The notes beneath the pieces are model-generated. The model worked only from the letters and a program-made list of their open reading frames with translations, was not told the DNA's origin and ran no database searches. Position numbers and translations under genes: made by a program. Below are positions 37,701-52,700 of a stretch of DNA of 64,000 nt, in pieces. Where the stretch lies: NCBI GenBank assembly GCA_000934665.2, contig KZ538016.1, positions 62,001-126,000 of the forward strand, given 5' to 3'. Every line of letters begins with the position of its first letter. The first letter of the stretch is position 1. Origin of the DNA: Catajapyx aquilonaris (taxonomy: Eukaryota).

Positions 37701-40700
37701 TTCATTCATTAACAATTTTCTCCAGCATTTCTGTGCCTTTTGTTGTATTTACGAGTAGATCTGCAAAACTTTGCGACTAAAGGTCCAGAGGGGAAAACAA
37801 GAACAATATTTCAACATACCCGAATGCACGTGGTGGCTAACGATACTGCAACTTCCACAAATTCCGTGCAGTTTGAGAAACATGATATACGATTGGGGCG
37901 ATTCCGCAGCACCGACACAAGTCAAACCGCACCATTGTTTGCCGCTTGTTTCAGGGGCGCCTGGATATCAACGTTGCTTGTAGCAAGGGCGGTATCGTCA
38001 TGGTAACTGGAGCAGATGCTAGGCCCCGCAAAATCCCCAAGTGCCTTTTGTGCAAGCGAAAATTAGCCGTGAGCCAAAGAAGGAAGGGGGGGGGGGGCAG
38101 TGTTTGCAGCTTAATATGCGCATTAAATTCGTTGCTGCACCTCGTTAGCTAACAAGCACGAGCCTCCGTGTCTTTGTATGTAAACAACTTGATTTCCTGG
38201 ACGCCCCACCTTTGACCCCATGAGGGGAGAGGGGGGGGGGGTCCCAAATTGCAAAACGAAGCCTTGCCTGGGTCCCCTTTGAGTCGCCCAAAAACACAAC
38301 GGCACCGACAAAGGAAGGGGGCGGATGGGGAGGGGACCTCGGAATGGAAAACAGCACATTTTGCTATTTTCAGAAACACCACGAGTTAATCCATCAAGAT
38401 GAATATCTAGCTGCGACTACGCCTGCGGGCAGCTTTGTACATGCAAAAACATCCGCAAAGTACCACCTGGGAAGGCAGAAAAAACGATTAAAAAATCGGG
38501 GATAATTATGCTGCGTCCAACTATGGTATATGGAAGCGTGATTGCTTGTGTAAAAGTACCAGGCGTATAAATAAGGCCCCGTGTTACAGGCTCGTGCATG
38601 GAAATAGCTACCATTTGAATCATAATTGCGTAACACGAAACGGAAGAGTGATCATTCCTGTAATAGTTTCCAATAACGGCACCAATAATTCAGCGATTGG
38701 ATTGCAATCTATACCGCAGGGCTGTCGCGACTACAAATGAAACCTAAACAAGCTAAACAATAATGAGGAATATTAAACTTCATTTATAAGCCACTGGGCA
38801 CATCGCGTTGATTTGCAATAACTAATGGGAAAAATAGTCCACATTGTTAGTCCAGTTTCACACCTATCTGGCCAATAATTACGGAAAATTAAAGCTATCA
38901 AATGGACAAGCCACGTACAACTCCAGCTGATTATGCAACGTGAAAAAAACTCCGAGTGTTTCAAGGTGCTGCCCCACCTTTATTTAGCCCAGGATTATCT
39001 TGCGGATAGTGCAACTTATCGTCCTCATACATGACTGAATCAACAAGCGAATGCAATATTGGTATTGCGCTCCTAAAGCAATGGTTGGAGCCAACCAGGC
39101 ACTGGCAGACTAAATAAGCTGATACGCTTCCAACCGGATCTGTACAGTTACAATAACACTGCAGCGAAAGTTCGTTCACTCCTGTATATAGGCTATAATT
39201 ATATAGCAAGTAGCTTGCAAATTAATGGCCATTAACTTTCTGCTGAGACATGTCTTGAGCATGCAAACCTTGTCACTGATTTTTCCGCGAAATTTCCAAC
39301 CTGCTGGGTAAGCATGGCACGACGCAACAATGTTCCCCGCGCGTAGAAAACAATACGTCAACATATAGTATCGATATGCAGGGTATACCGCCAGTACCTG
39401 AGAAAGGTCACTTTCCAAAAAAGCCCATTTCTTTGTCCGATTATCGAACAACAGTCACGTTTCCCCTTCTGACGGCTCTAGGCACAAGCGGCACCGGCTG
39501 AATTTTAAAGCAAATCTGCTGTGGAGAACTAATGACCTACGAAATTTCTTTACATTGTTTCTTTCTCTCCGGCTCCTTATATTTTTAAGCGTGTCGCCCC
39601 CACCGCAATCCTTGGGAATACAAAACAAAAAAAAAAAAAGGTGTGCAACCCTATCGAAGTTACCCCAGTTTCCCCAACTTCCCCACAAAGGGTCCCTCCA
39701 CAGACACCCTCAACTTTGAGCGTAATTGTCTCCAATTTCCAATGTGGAGGGAGCTAATTCTGGCACGTACGACTGTGGGGAATCCCTCTCGTGAGACTCC
39801 TTTTGCCGACTAGCTCCATTCCATAATCTCTCCCAGCTCGTACTCGACCCATAACAAGGATGGGTAGTATAGGACCACCGTTTTTTCCCGGTCCACGAGA
39901 GTGAAGCCTTCCGATACACGCACCCGCATTTTCTGCTGTATTGGGGGAAATGGTGGTGGCCCGCTTTTCCATGCGGATATGGGGCACTTGGGGGCCAGGA
40001 AATAAGCAAAGGCTGCTGCTGGGAGAAGAATTAACATGGCAGGGGACCCATGAAATATGCTGTGTGGAAGGGCTCGTAAAGGGAGGCAGAGTCTAAAGGG
40101 GATGAGACCTTTCGTGCCAAGTAAATTTGGTGGGCCCATCACCTCCACGATGCGATGCTCACACACATTTTAAAGCTTCTGACACACACACAGATCGATC
40201 GAAATAGATCCCAGATGAGCAAAAATCGAGGATGGGTCACGTAATTACGCTCAACTTCGTCTTAATTGAAATATAGTAGAGTCGAACTTTCTCCGACAGA
40301 AGGCTGATTAGTTCGTTCACTCGGAAGAGACTCGGGGACTTTTTTTAAGCGAGATATCGGGAATGGAAGTCAGGTAATTCCCCACGACTTAATTTGGAAG
40401 CAGCGTCCTCAAGGAGAAGATTAGTATCATATAGTCCGACCCGATCGATAGCTAGAGTGTAATGAGAAATGGCATTAAGAATAACACTATTGATCAGCTC
40501 ACTTGCTGTATGGAGCACTCAGCACTGTACGGCGATAACCAAGTTTTCAACTTGTGATTAGAGCCATGTCTCCCCTTTCCAAGCAATTTGTCAAAATGAG
40601 AGCTAGGCCTACATGTGATGAAGACAAACAACCCCGGAAATCGGATGCACCATGTGACGTGTCCACTCCAATAAAACCGTCTGGTCGACCTTACTTAAAT

Positions 40701-43700
40701 TTGCATTAAGCCAGCACTATTCAACCAGGTCATCCCCATTCAGCTCGGCGGGCGGATTTACTTGAAATATAGACCCCGAGTGACGCCAAAGACAACCGAA
40801 GTATAGACGTTCGCAGTAAATCATCCGTATGTCTTCTCTTTCCGACTCCCTCCGACTTGAAAAGAAGAATACCTTCCTTCAGATGGCTCTGGCCCATGTG
40901 TACAATAGGACGGGAAAAATCACTCCACGAGGTTTGTCAGGCAGGTCTGCTCGAGAAAGTTATTTCGCAAAACATTTGGACGGAGCAGTGATTTATTCTC
41001 CTCAACTTTCCACTTCCAAGCTCACGTTACGTACATCAAAGAAGGGGGGTCGGGAGAGAGAAAAAAAGGGAATTGCAAGGATTGGTTCCTTTAAAAAGCA
41101 TCATGAACGAAGTCGTGGCGCTGGCAATTCCCTTTCTGTCTATAAAACTGGGAGCGGAGAAGGGTTTATTTTTACGCATCATTTCTGAAACGGCGACCCA
41201 GAGTAGTTTGAAAGGACCTGGATCATCGGACACAGGACCGCAAACGAGACGAGAAAACCCCCCCTTTTCTGAGCATAGTGCACAGGCGGATATACAGCAG
41301 GTCCGCGGTATAATATGAGCACTTAAACCGTCTGAAGCATGCATTAAATTCGATTAGGCACTCGCCAGAAGCCCGAAGGCCCTATAGTGAGGAGGAAATA
41401 TTGGGGCGCATAACCATTCACAACCTCCCCTTGAAAATAGAAGTGGATCCGGATGCTGCTCTTTTTGGACGCTCCACTGCATTTCACGGTATCAATTTGC
41501 ATTAATTCAGAATACGCTTTTTTCGTGAAGAGCACCACTTCTCTCTTTACGACCCCCAGGTCTTTTCCAGTACATCACAAAAGGTGAAAAGAAGTGGTCG
41601 CGATGCGGGCCAAGGAACGATGAGAGAAAAGAAATATCTAGAGAAACTACCTGCCAAAGGGGGCTTATATAGACCGCAATTTTTCAGAGCGTAAGGGTGA
41701 GATATGAAAGGTGCAGACACCGTCGTGCTTTATTCTGGGGACGCGCGAAATGAAGGCCCCGGGGAGATGATGTTTCAAAGTTTAGCTGGACGTGGAAGAA
41801 AATCTTATTGGTTTATTGGGTCCGCCACTCACACAAACAGCGCCATCTTGGACTAACCCCCAGGATATATAGCCAAGTGAAGCAAACACGTTCGTTGGTC
41901 CCCTCCTGAGATTCATGCTCAAAGAGAATGCAGGGACATGAATGAAACATGAGGCAGAAGGGAAAGAGGGCCCATGGCGCTTATGTCAGTGTTCGACAAG
42001 GAACGGCTCTTCACTCCAAACTGCCGTATGCAATGTCGCACCCAGAGAAAAAGGCACCCGAGTGGGCCTCTCCAAGATGGGGGTTCCATCAACTGAAACG
42101 TGGCGGAGAATCCAAGCGGTGGATAGACTTCCTGGAGGTTCAGGCCTCGAGTGTATTTGCCCGCCTCTAAGGTCTATTCGCTTCCGCAAACATGAAGTAA
42201 TCTAATTTTCATTGGGGAGGGAATCGAATTCGCAGAGGTAGCGATTGTCCCGATTACAAACCCACGGAACAAAACAAACTCTGGACAGGAGAAGAATGGA
42301 GAGGGGCGGCTGCAAACGGATGGGTTTTTCCTCCCGCTTCTCGCACGTATCACGCTTGGAAATCATACTAAATTCATTCCCGCCCCACTCATTTACCACT
42401 GGGGGTAATGCCTGATCGTAATTTATTGACGACAGTCCCCGGTACGTGGCGTGATCCCCAATGTTCCTCCACTATATGGTCCGCTCACAACTCCGAACGA
42501 AAAAGGAGAGAACCCACCCAAAGAATAGTGAAGAAAAAAAAAAATAGTGCTTGGGGTTCGAGATTTACGTCAGATGAATGTCGATCTCTCCTCCTTTTCG
42601 GTTAAGAGCTCGTAAAATCCCAGCCTTCTCTTTGCAAGTTGTAAATGGAACGGGTGTAACGAGCTTCGGGAATCATCAAGTGAATGTGAACACGACGCTA
42701 TGCATAGAAAATGCGCGGGGGTAGAGAAGAACATCCAGATAAATTTATGAAGATTGCTTATTAAAGCCTTAGAAGCGAGAAGGCTAGAGAGTGAGTACTA
42801 ACTTTTTCTCTCTCCCAACCATCCAAATCGATGGTATGCATAATGTAATTTTGCTGGAAAAAAAATGAGGGCTTTGATTATTTAATTGTCAAACAAGCCT
42901 TAAGGCAAATCAACGCTTAAGAGGGGGGGAATCAAATTAACCGGTGCACGAAAATGGTTTCTGATCACATCTAGCCCTAGGCCCCTGCAGTGTATAACTG
43001 CGCGCTTAAACCCAATTGGAGCCGATGATTTAGTCGCGATCGGCGACCGTGCTCGCAAATTCTGATCTGAATCAACGCAAAGTCCGCCGATTTGTGGCCT
43101 TCAGCGGCTGAATGGGAATGAAGCCCTAGGTTGGCGGCAGCAGCCAGCAAATTGAATTCCTGGACACTCAGCGACACAATAGGAAAAAAAAAAAGTAGGG
43201 GAACGGAACAAAAACCGGGCAGGGGAATTCTGGGAATCCGTTTCTCTCATTACAGGGCAAGCTTTTTCATTTATATATACCGCACACGTCGTGCGGCCAA
43301 CATGCAAAGACAGTAAGGACTTGCCAATTTTTTGCCAGGCTAGATCAAACGGTTGATGCAAGCGGGGGCCTCTTTTTTTTCCATAAATTCGAGTGACCTC
43401 TCTGTCCCTTTGTGGAGATGGGCATCATCCAAGTTATACACATGATGACGGCGGATCCGCCAAATGTCTGTTTCCCAACTCGACGGGGGTCACCTCACTC
43501 ACCTGCTTTTGCGAGCTAGTCCGGATTAACGAGCGGATCACAATGTGGGGGATGTTCCGGCATCATCTCTCCTGACAGATAACATACTGCAATGCAGTAG
43601 ACACTAAAAATCCAAAACACGGGGGCTGGAAAAAGAATTATGATGGGGGAGATCGGGTCCTCCCTCTCCTGCTGGGCAATTCTTCTTGCGTTTACGATAA

Positions 43701-46700
43701 GGTCATTTCTCCCCAATCCATCCCCGCCCCCTTCCCATCCATATCGGCTGATTTCCCAGCGGCACGACATGCTTATTGGCTCGTCATCCACAAGAATTAA
43801 GACATCGGGGAGTCCCCCAGCACAGATATAAAGCGACAATCATTTAATAAGGGCAAACTATCTCGAGGCAGTCACTCCTCATTATTTTGGAAAATTCCAC
43901 GAATTTTCCAATAAACCGCCCGGTACTGGTTCTCGAGTTTTCATACACAACTTCAACTGCAATATTCAATTCGATTTAGTTCAGGTAATAGAAGCACGCC
44001 GCAACATTTCATTAATTTTCTCATAGTGAAACCTGCTGCCTATATGACAAGTAATTCAACGTAAATATAACCAGACACTGCACTGTGTCCCTTTGGTCGT
44101 GTTTGACAAGCAGCCACTCCAATTCAGCAGGATATATTATTGTAAGCTCATCTGACAATCGTGATAAAATCTTGGTCACGCTGTTTACGACACCGCAGAA
44201 TTCGCGAAGGGGATAAACAGGGGGCAAGAAGAGCTGCATTCCGTCTTTCCGTCCCGAGGTCCCCCAAGCCTTTAATTATGCAAAATTCCGCGCCAACAAC
44301 GATACGCCCCGGAATTTGGGGAGCATTAATCCCTCATTTTTATACCTCGGCATAAAACCTAATTGAGGACCGGGACTCAGCAGCAGCTGATTCCAAAAAA
44401 CGGCAGGAAGAAAAATTGCAAATGAGATAGCCAGGCAAATGGAAACACGGTGGTGGGGGAACCACACCGTACCTCACATTTGCTCAGACCATCGGCCTAA
44501 TCTCATGAGGGTAGCAGGTATCCGGTATGCATTCCGATGGCTCCTGACCGCCAGAGTAAAAACCCTTTTTGCCGTCGCCCCACGAATATATTTCCGCAGC
44601 CGTAGGTAGTGTAGAAAATGCGGCCAGCTTCAAAACTTTGCTGGGCAGAAGGAAGCCTTTTGGGGGGAGTCTCGTGTGATGCGTGAGCTGTATCTGTCCT
44701 GCCAACGAGCTGACGTGGGAAATTCCAGCTTGGAAAGTTTTTATTTTTTACGACTTGCTGGAAGTTGCCGAGAATTGGGCTATTTTTAATTTTGGCTTTC
44801 ACGCCGCGCTCATCAAGCGCCCGTAAGCGCGTGCAATGTGATACGGTCCGCTCTTTATTCTCTATTTATTTTTTATTTTTTATTCTGCGCAAACAAAAGG
44901 CCAGGGTAGGAATTTCTGCCAAACATGGTCCTCGAGCGGTGGTGCCTCACTCGATTTCGAAAATTAAACTCCTCCTGAAGTTTCAAACTCGATTAACTGA
45001 CGATGCCGAAATGTCTCCCAGGCATCGGTGGAACAAAAAAGGAGCTGCCTTTTTTCAAGTCTTGTGGGATGGAAAAATGACAAACTACGAAAAAAAAAAA
45101 AAGCTAGACTGCAATCCAATTACTATAGAAACGTTGCTTTTAAAAAAAACATCGCAATTAAAGCATTTATCTATGAAATTACCTGCCGAATGAAAAGTCT
45201 TGCTCTTCAGCAACATGGGAGACAAAAAGGGGTCCAATTAGCGAGATTTTACCCGGGCCGGCTTGTATGTAACCTACTTTCGCCAGGATTAATGCCAAAA
45301 GTTTCCGCAAATTCATTTTCTTGGACAACATAAGCTGTCTTGCTCCACAGTTGCAAAGAATAATCGATTATCGGGTACGGTAAGATTCTGAGGATCTAAG
45401 ATATAGCTCCACCTATAATATTATCACTTGGTTTAGTCGCGAAAGGTGCTGGCTTCCAACAATAAATAAGTAGGCAGGAAATAAAGTGAGAGTATATTTC
45501 CTATGCACGCTCCAGCCTTCCCCAAAAAAAGCGAACAGATGACGTATAGAGAAGATTATTGGATTTCTTAGTGCTGAAGGAACGTCGCCAAGCTGGTTAC
45601 AAGGCCGGGGCGTTGTGATGTCTCTATAGAGGACTGGACACTCACTTTACGGTTGGTCACTTCCCTTCGCTGCCATCTCCTCGAATTTTCCATCGCCGGC
45701 CTTCAAAACGTTTCGGGGGGGCCCCCCTAGATTTACGGCCTGGTTTCCTCGCGATGAAGCTTCCGACGCGCATTTCCTCTGTCCTTCCTCTCCAGGCGAA
45801 AATTCAGGGATACAACCGACCAAATCTTGTCTGCGGGTCGCGACGTAGTCCATCACAAAAATGATTCGCCCTCCGCTCCACTTCCTTTCCATTTCTTTTT
45901 GCACGGTTTTTCGCAGAAAATGTCGAACCTCCGACCCACCCGACAAAAACTAAAGGGCTCCTGGCGGCGCTGTTGAGGAGGAAATGATGCCTGGAACCGC
46001 ATTGCATTTCCATTCCTCCCTGGATACATCTGTGAGTAGGCACACACAACAGATGCTACAGAAAGCGCTACGGGGAACATAACCGCCGCAAAACTAGCCC
46101 ACTTTGTTGTAATGTGCCTCCGATTGCCGGGGATTAATTGACTGGATATACAACTCCTTAACTATCGGTCAGTTGGTTTTACAACTTTACATAACGCCAG
46201 AAATTGCGCACCGCAGAACATATGCGGCCGCATGACAGGCTGTGACATGTTTATCGCGTCATTATTGTGCAGTCGACACCCACTTGTAAAAAAGTCCGCC
46301 TGCATTATACTTGCAAAAGGTACGGCTGTCACAGTCAAAATGCGATGCAGAGGCCACACCCCTCGCCATACGCAGTACGAAACTATGCGGCAACATGACC
46401 CAAACCGTTAGGATGTGACTAGCAGTTACCTGACCAGCTAATTCCAGGCAGAGCCACGCTTCTGATCAGACTCCACTTCGCTGAATTACATGCAAATGCA
46501 GTTGTCCATTACTGAACATCAATAGCGAACACAATAGTAACGCCTATTATATGCTAATTCCCCGTCGCGCTGATGGGAACCACAGGGTGAATTAGTACAT
46601 AATGCTATTAATTATGTAAGTTATCCCAAGTGGGCAGTAGCCTGGAAAATTAACAGTCTTCGAATTTGCCCCTTTACGCGCAATGCAAACGCTCAAATTC

Positions 46701-49700
46701 GAAAGACGGCTCATCATCACATGGTTGAGGAAGATTCCCATCCCCCGCAGCATATACACCGTAATCTTGGCGGCCAAGTAATCGGATTTCACGCAAAGGT
46801 ACTACGTGTAAGATGTGACGAAAGGTTCAAGGCTCCACCCTTTTGGGTCCTGGAACCGTGCTCTTCCTGCAAAGTGCTAATGGGAACCCTTACTCCTCAG
46901 GGGCTCATTTACTTTCTTCCCACTAATATAATTTTATGTAGCAGGGCGGGCGGAAGGAAGGGAAAGAGCAGATTCAGGACTCCATTACAGTTTTCCTCAT
47001 GTTGAATGGCCGGGAATGGGCTTGGGTGACAGTGACCGAGAGCAGTTCGTGAGACCCTAATGATTCGCTATCCCACCCCCTTCCCAGTCATTATCGTATT
47101 GGCAATTTGGAAGCTCTGCTCAGATCCGGTATGTAGCTCGGTTCAATACAATGCAATGAGACGAGGGGGCTTTTCCCAAGTGTTTACTCGGACCAGCGCC
47201 CTACATATTTTTTGGCGGCGAAATGAATGTGGCGGGATTCTGCAGAGACACCTCACTTTCCCCCCCCCCCCCCTTCCTCTCTCTCATGAAAGGAAAACAC
47301 AGCCCTGGAGAAGAACCCGGGTTCTTTTCGCGTGGCATTTACAAGGAATGGAGTGAGCTGGCGACAACCCAATCCTGTGGGTTTAAAGGTTTAGACCGCG
47401 CATCTTCCAACGAATTTCTGGCGAAAGCTTCCACCGACGAGTGGGGATTTCTTCCGATATCTCCTACTCTACTCTCGACTTTACGACCGGAACATATCCA
47501 CGGTTTCAATGCATTTACATACGCCCCGCAAATGCGACAACGCGCAAACAAACCCATATTTACTCTCCCAATACTGCGGAAAGTATAAAAAAAATCGCCC
47601 GGGTTTACCCATCATTCTGTCGAAAGCTCCATCAATATGCGAATTGCACAAATGCAAAACACAATTACACTGAAAACATTATTTATGATTTCTGGTGCAC
47701 CACACCATACCTCCCACATGCGCTAATTATACCAGCATTCGCGTTGTACTGGCACCCGCACAGATTCTTCCAGTTTTGCCGCCATTCCATTCATATTATT
47801 CACGAGATGTTTGAAAAAAAAATAGGACCCGCCACAAGGATTATGTAAATGTTCAACACACCAATGTACAACACTGCCACAGGACATGGCCTGGATATAC
47901 TGATAGAGCTGATGACGCTTGAGTGCAATATAATAACAATGTGGATTGTCTGCACGACTGCCAACATTGTAATGCCATTAATAATGAAGCCATGCGCAGC
48001 ATAATATGAAGTAAACTGTCCACAATGACAACTGATGCGATCAAATGCTGTGGTGTGTCGTGCACCAAAAGTAATTTCAAAATATTCGAAACCAGTCGCT
48101 CGAAACTTTTTTCCCACCACAAAATTCCAAATAGATTTCCCCTGGCTCACATATCTGCATAACTTATATAGGCAATCAGTTCCTATATTTCCCGCTCTCC
48201 CGGTCATTTCAGTTACGGAAGTTTGCCTGTAGCAGTAATAAAGACGAGCAAAATGTCAAGGTTCTTCCCCAGCAACCAGTATCAATCGATAACAACAACA
48301 AAAACACTCATAAAAAATGGCAAAAATTACGAGCCAATCAAGAGTCCCTTTGAATTGCGGCAAGTGCACTCCCGCCTGCACAGATTTATTGTCGGAGAAT
48401 AATAACGCAAAACTTCCAATCAGGCATCTAACGGACGCGCATACGAGCAGCGTTCACCACAGAATTAAAAGTGTAGTGTATACACCAGCAGCGGTTATTG
48501 GATTGTGCCCTTTGTGCGTGCACGCTTGTCGCCAATCACGTTTTCCATGAGGGGTGGACACGGCCCAGATTAGCCGCGTTAATCCGTGCGTGAATAACCA
48601 GGACATATCTCCTGAGATCAGGGAATAAAACGATCACTCCCCCTATACCACTGCAGATAAAAATAGTTTCATATTTCCATACACTGCAGGGGCCTCTGGG
48701 CGTGTCCGCTGCAGTAATTTACCGCTTCCACTTTTACGCAATTTGATACGCCAATGGTGGTCAGGCGAGGGAGAAACCCTGTACAAAAAGGGGGGGAGGG
48801 GGGGTTTCCGTTAAAGGTTTAATCCGCTTCCGGCTGGTTAATAGACGCCCTCTGTAGTCCGGAACGTGCCGGGCGCCTGCAGGGAGATATCAGACACTCT
48901 TGATCACACTGGAGAGCTCGCAACGTCTTTTCCGGGTCGGAAAAGGCCGGCATTTCGCCTTTTGGGAGGGAAGGTTTACTGCCCCAGTCCCTGGCAGTAT
49001 ATCTTCGGCTGCTGGGCACCCGGTGTCGCCGGAACATAACTAATCATTCCGGGTGGACGTGGATTGAGCGGCCCCCGAGTACATCTCTCAGGCTCGGGGC
49101 CCGGGGAAAAATGCATGTGGCAAATTCCCACATGCCTGCTAATCTGGACGGGCCTGCAAATGAAACTTCAATCCACTTCCTTCCCCACGCCACCACCTCA
49201 TTTACATTCGCTCCTCAAAGCCTGGTCGGAGGAGGACGGAAGCCGTTTGACTCTATAAGAAATTCCAATTACACGCGCCGCAAGGTCCAACTTCCTGGTA
49301 TCGATAATGCTCTTAGAACCCCTGGCGAGGAAAAGAGACAGGGGAAAAGTAACCAATTGCGCGGAACACGAGGAGCTAAATTATCCAGGCCAGTTGTGTT
49401 ATTTCCGAGCAAACAGCACAATTTGTTATGGCCAAATTTCTTGCCAATTATTTATACGGTTATATACTGTGAAGCCTCCCGAGGTTCTCATGTGGCGGGA
49501 AAGGCCTTCATGATCCTAAAGTTGCTATGGTCCATTGGTTAACTAGACTCGTGAACGTGATGCGCTATTCATTGGAGAGACACTATTCCCTGTCGCACTT
49601 GTCTATAGTGGGGCTTAGAATCTCATTAGAAACCCAACCCTTCCCCTGCTTGGGCGCTCTAATGCACTACACATGCGAATTTACACACCTATCCCTTTGC

Positions 49701-52700
49701 AGCCCAAACCGCGAGTCTGAATAATGGAACCATCCACCATTTCGAATGGCTTCATTTCCACTTCAAGGACGAGCGATCCGAAACTATTTCTCTGGACAAA
49801 CCCCTGGTCCCCGACAATCACACATTCCGAATGGAACCAAGAGCTGTGATAGAAGTGATCTGCCGACCTATACACTGTTCATCACACGCTCCACTCCAAA
49901 AGTTGTAACCTATCGCGCCCACCTTCCATTAATTTACACACTTTAATCAGGGCGGACATTCGTCCCATGTAAATGCAAACAAGTATCGCACAGGCTTAAT
50001 TAGTGCGCATAAGTATGAGCCGAAGTGGACTGGTGCATATCTGTCGCAATTTCTGTAACACTAATTGCACCTACTCTATTACAAAACCAACAGCATGGGC
50101 ATGGTCTACAACATCAGTACCCGAATAAAATGTGGCAAAAAACAACACTGTGCTTCCCAAGGTACACGAGTCGGGCCAGCCAATATTATTTTGTGCATAA
50201 CTGTACTGAGATTGTACTGTTCTGGCGCAATTCAAAGCGCCTGCCTGTTAGGCATCCTATAGAACAAGCGAGGCTGTTGGGTAGCCCTGAACAGCCAGGA
50301 TGAAGCAGCCGCATTTGAGCAATCTCCCTAATGCATAACATACAAAAAGGACGCAACACAGTAATTTTGAAATCTAATCTGGTGCTACCTCCCACGCATT
50401 TTAGTAACTGCTGCCCTCAGGAGCAGCACCAAGAAGAGTGTATGGCTCCAAAATTCGGCGCGAGAAAAAGCCAGGCATCCGAGAGGATAACGTGCAGTTT
50501 TAAGGAGCATTAGATTGCAAATGAGAGGGAAGATAAGTAGTCGCAAGCGAATTAGGCCAGAATGTGTAAATTGGGTACGCCGGGCGACTGCTCGATTAAC
50601 TTGACCCCGGTGGGCACGTGTTTTGCAGTGCCCGGTTCCTAAAATGACGTGGACATATCGACGCTGGACGCCCACCAAAAAACCTTGACACTGCGCCAAA
50701 GTGAACCGGCCCTTTTGCTCAAACTGATGATACCTTTTATACTCAGGCCGGCATTTGTTTCAATGTCAGACTAAATTGGGGGTGGTCGTTCTGTTCTCCT
50801 GATACTTTTGAGGTGCCATCAGGGAGCCATTTATTTTCAAATGTTGGGGTAGAGAGAAAAAAACAAAAAGGGGAAGAAAACATGTCGTTTATGGCCGGCA
50901 GGAAATCGCAAAAGTTGGGCTCAATGCATTTGTAACAGAACGAGGATGGATGGGATTGCATTTCGGTGAGGTCCACCTCTGCAGGTCCCTGCGTTTAATG
51001 GCCGACGTGGTGCGGTGTACACATCCACGAAATGAAGCTCCAGCTAAACTTGACGTGATTTTCGGCCTTGACTCCCCGCCGAGCGTTATTATCCGGCTTC
51101 ATTTATCCCCACCGCGCGCGAAATTAATCCCTGGCCAACTTGCATAGTTTTGTTACTGCTACGAAGCAAATCAGCCTTCCGCATTACGGTCACTACACAA
51201 ACCCTGACGAACCGTCAAAGTTGCTCCCCTGATTCTCGATAGCGAGAACATCCGGAACGTGAAGCGTAAGATAAATAATGAAAAAAAAAAAAAAAAACAA
51301 CTTCCAGGTTTTCCACCGGAGATCGTTCGGGATGGTGAGCTCGAGCCGTAATATTTCGGATCAGTTTTCGTCAGAAATTGTGTGTGGTTTGGAAATCCTC
51401 ACGTCCTTTTCTCGACGCGTCTGTCGTTTCCGGGCTCTCGCGGCATGGATCTACTGCAGCTGCGTTTCGATAACGATCCCTTTTCGGGCCTTCTCTCCTC
51501 GCTTTCTCGGAGACATCTCCCCATCAAGGCTCTTTTCTGGAGGGACAAAATTCCAGCACCACAATGTGTCAGTCGCACAATCAGGCCCAGCACGCCGCTG
51601 CCCTCCCCTTGATAATGGCTTGCACTGGGGACCTCTCCCGGCTGAAATATCAGCTGTTGCCAACGCCCACACCCTTCTCTGGGTAAAAGAGACAAGGACC
51701 CCCAGGATAAGGGGACAAGAGCAGAGGAATTGGGATCGAGTCGAAAAGGTCGGGAAGACAAATTCAATCTCACCGCTCGTTTGGTGAGGGGCTCCAGACT
51801 AAAATCATACCGGGGGGAAAAAACGAGAGCCAACCGCGAAAGAGAGAATTTAATTGAATAACCCGGAAATTGAGTTTGATTCGTGGGTGCTCGATATATA
51901 GTGACGATTGTTATTTGTTCAAAGAGAAACTGCCAATGCTTTAACAATACGTGCGCACATAGGAGCCATTTCTAATTTCGTATTCAATTTACTTAACCTC
52001 TATTACACTAGACAGAAACAATCAAGCGCAAAGTGATTTTACTTCTCTGTTATTGCGAAAAGACCATAATTAATGTGCCTATAATGAACGTGCTGGTTAC
52101 TTTACTTGATTACAAAAATTAAGGCGCCATAAAATTCCAAACAACCCTGTCACACAACTTTCTCAAACGCATCCCCCCACTTTGCTTCATTTTATGAATA
52201 ACTACGTTATTAGCGTTTTTAAAAGCCCAGCAAGTTCTTTGACACTCCAAATTCCTGCTGGGCATTTAAACATGCACACGCTAGCCGATAATGAGCAAGC
52301 CCTAATTACAGTGTAGGTGCTCAACATTTTTTGCCGAATTAACACGCTGTCGACAGACGTGTGCTTTCAACAGAAAAGGTGGTGCACATACGCGGTTTTG
52401 TTAACACCACTTTTTTTTTGTAAAAAAAAACAATGTTTCGTGGGAATCTCCGCTTACAAAAATGTGCAGTGTACGGAGGTGCAGTTTCAAGGCTTCTCTT
52501 GCTCCACCATAATAATTCTCCATGAAGCATGCGAAGGGTGGAAAGGTGGCAGAAAACCTGGTGGGGATGCTCTGGGAGGCCCTTGTGCATCCAATGCTTT
52601 TAAGGCACTCCCTAGGAATAAATCGATGTTAATTCAGCGGTGTCAAACCTGACGCATATAACTCTTCACACTTCCATAATGGATTCCGCATGGGAACATT

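Noticed and set aside
41418..41437. Resemblance to miR-307 (TCACAACCTCC...)
   Set aside because: Only the first 11 nt match and I see no hairpin partner.
51278..51947. Overlapping 169-aa (+) and 182-aa (-) ORFs
   Set aside because: No domain similarity, one starts in a poly-A run, and there is no supporting exon structure.
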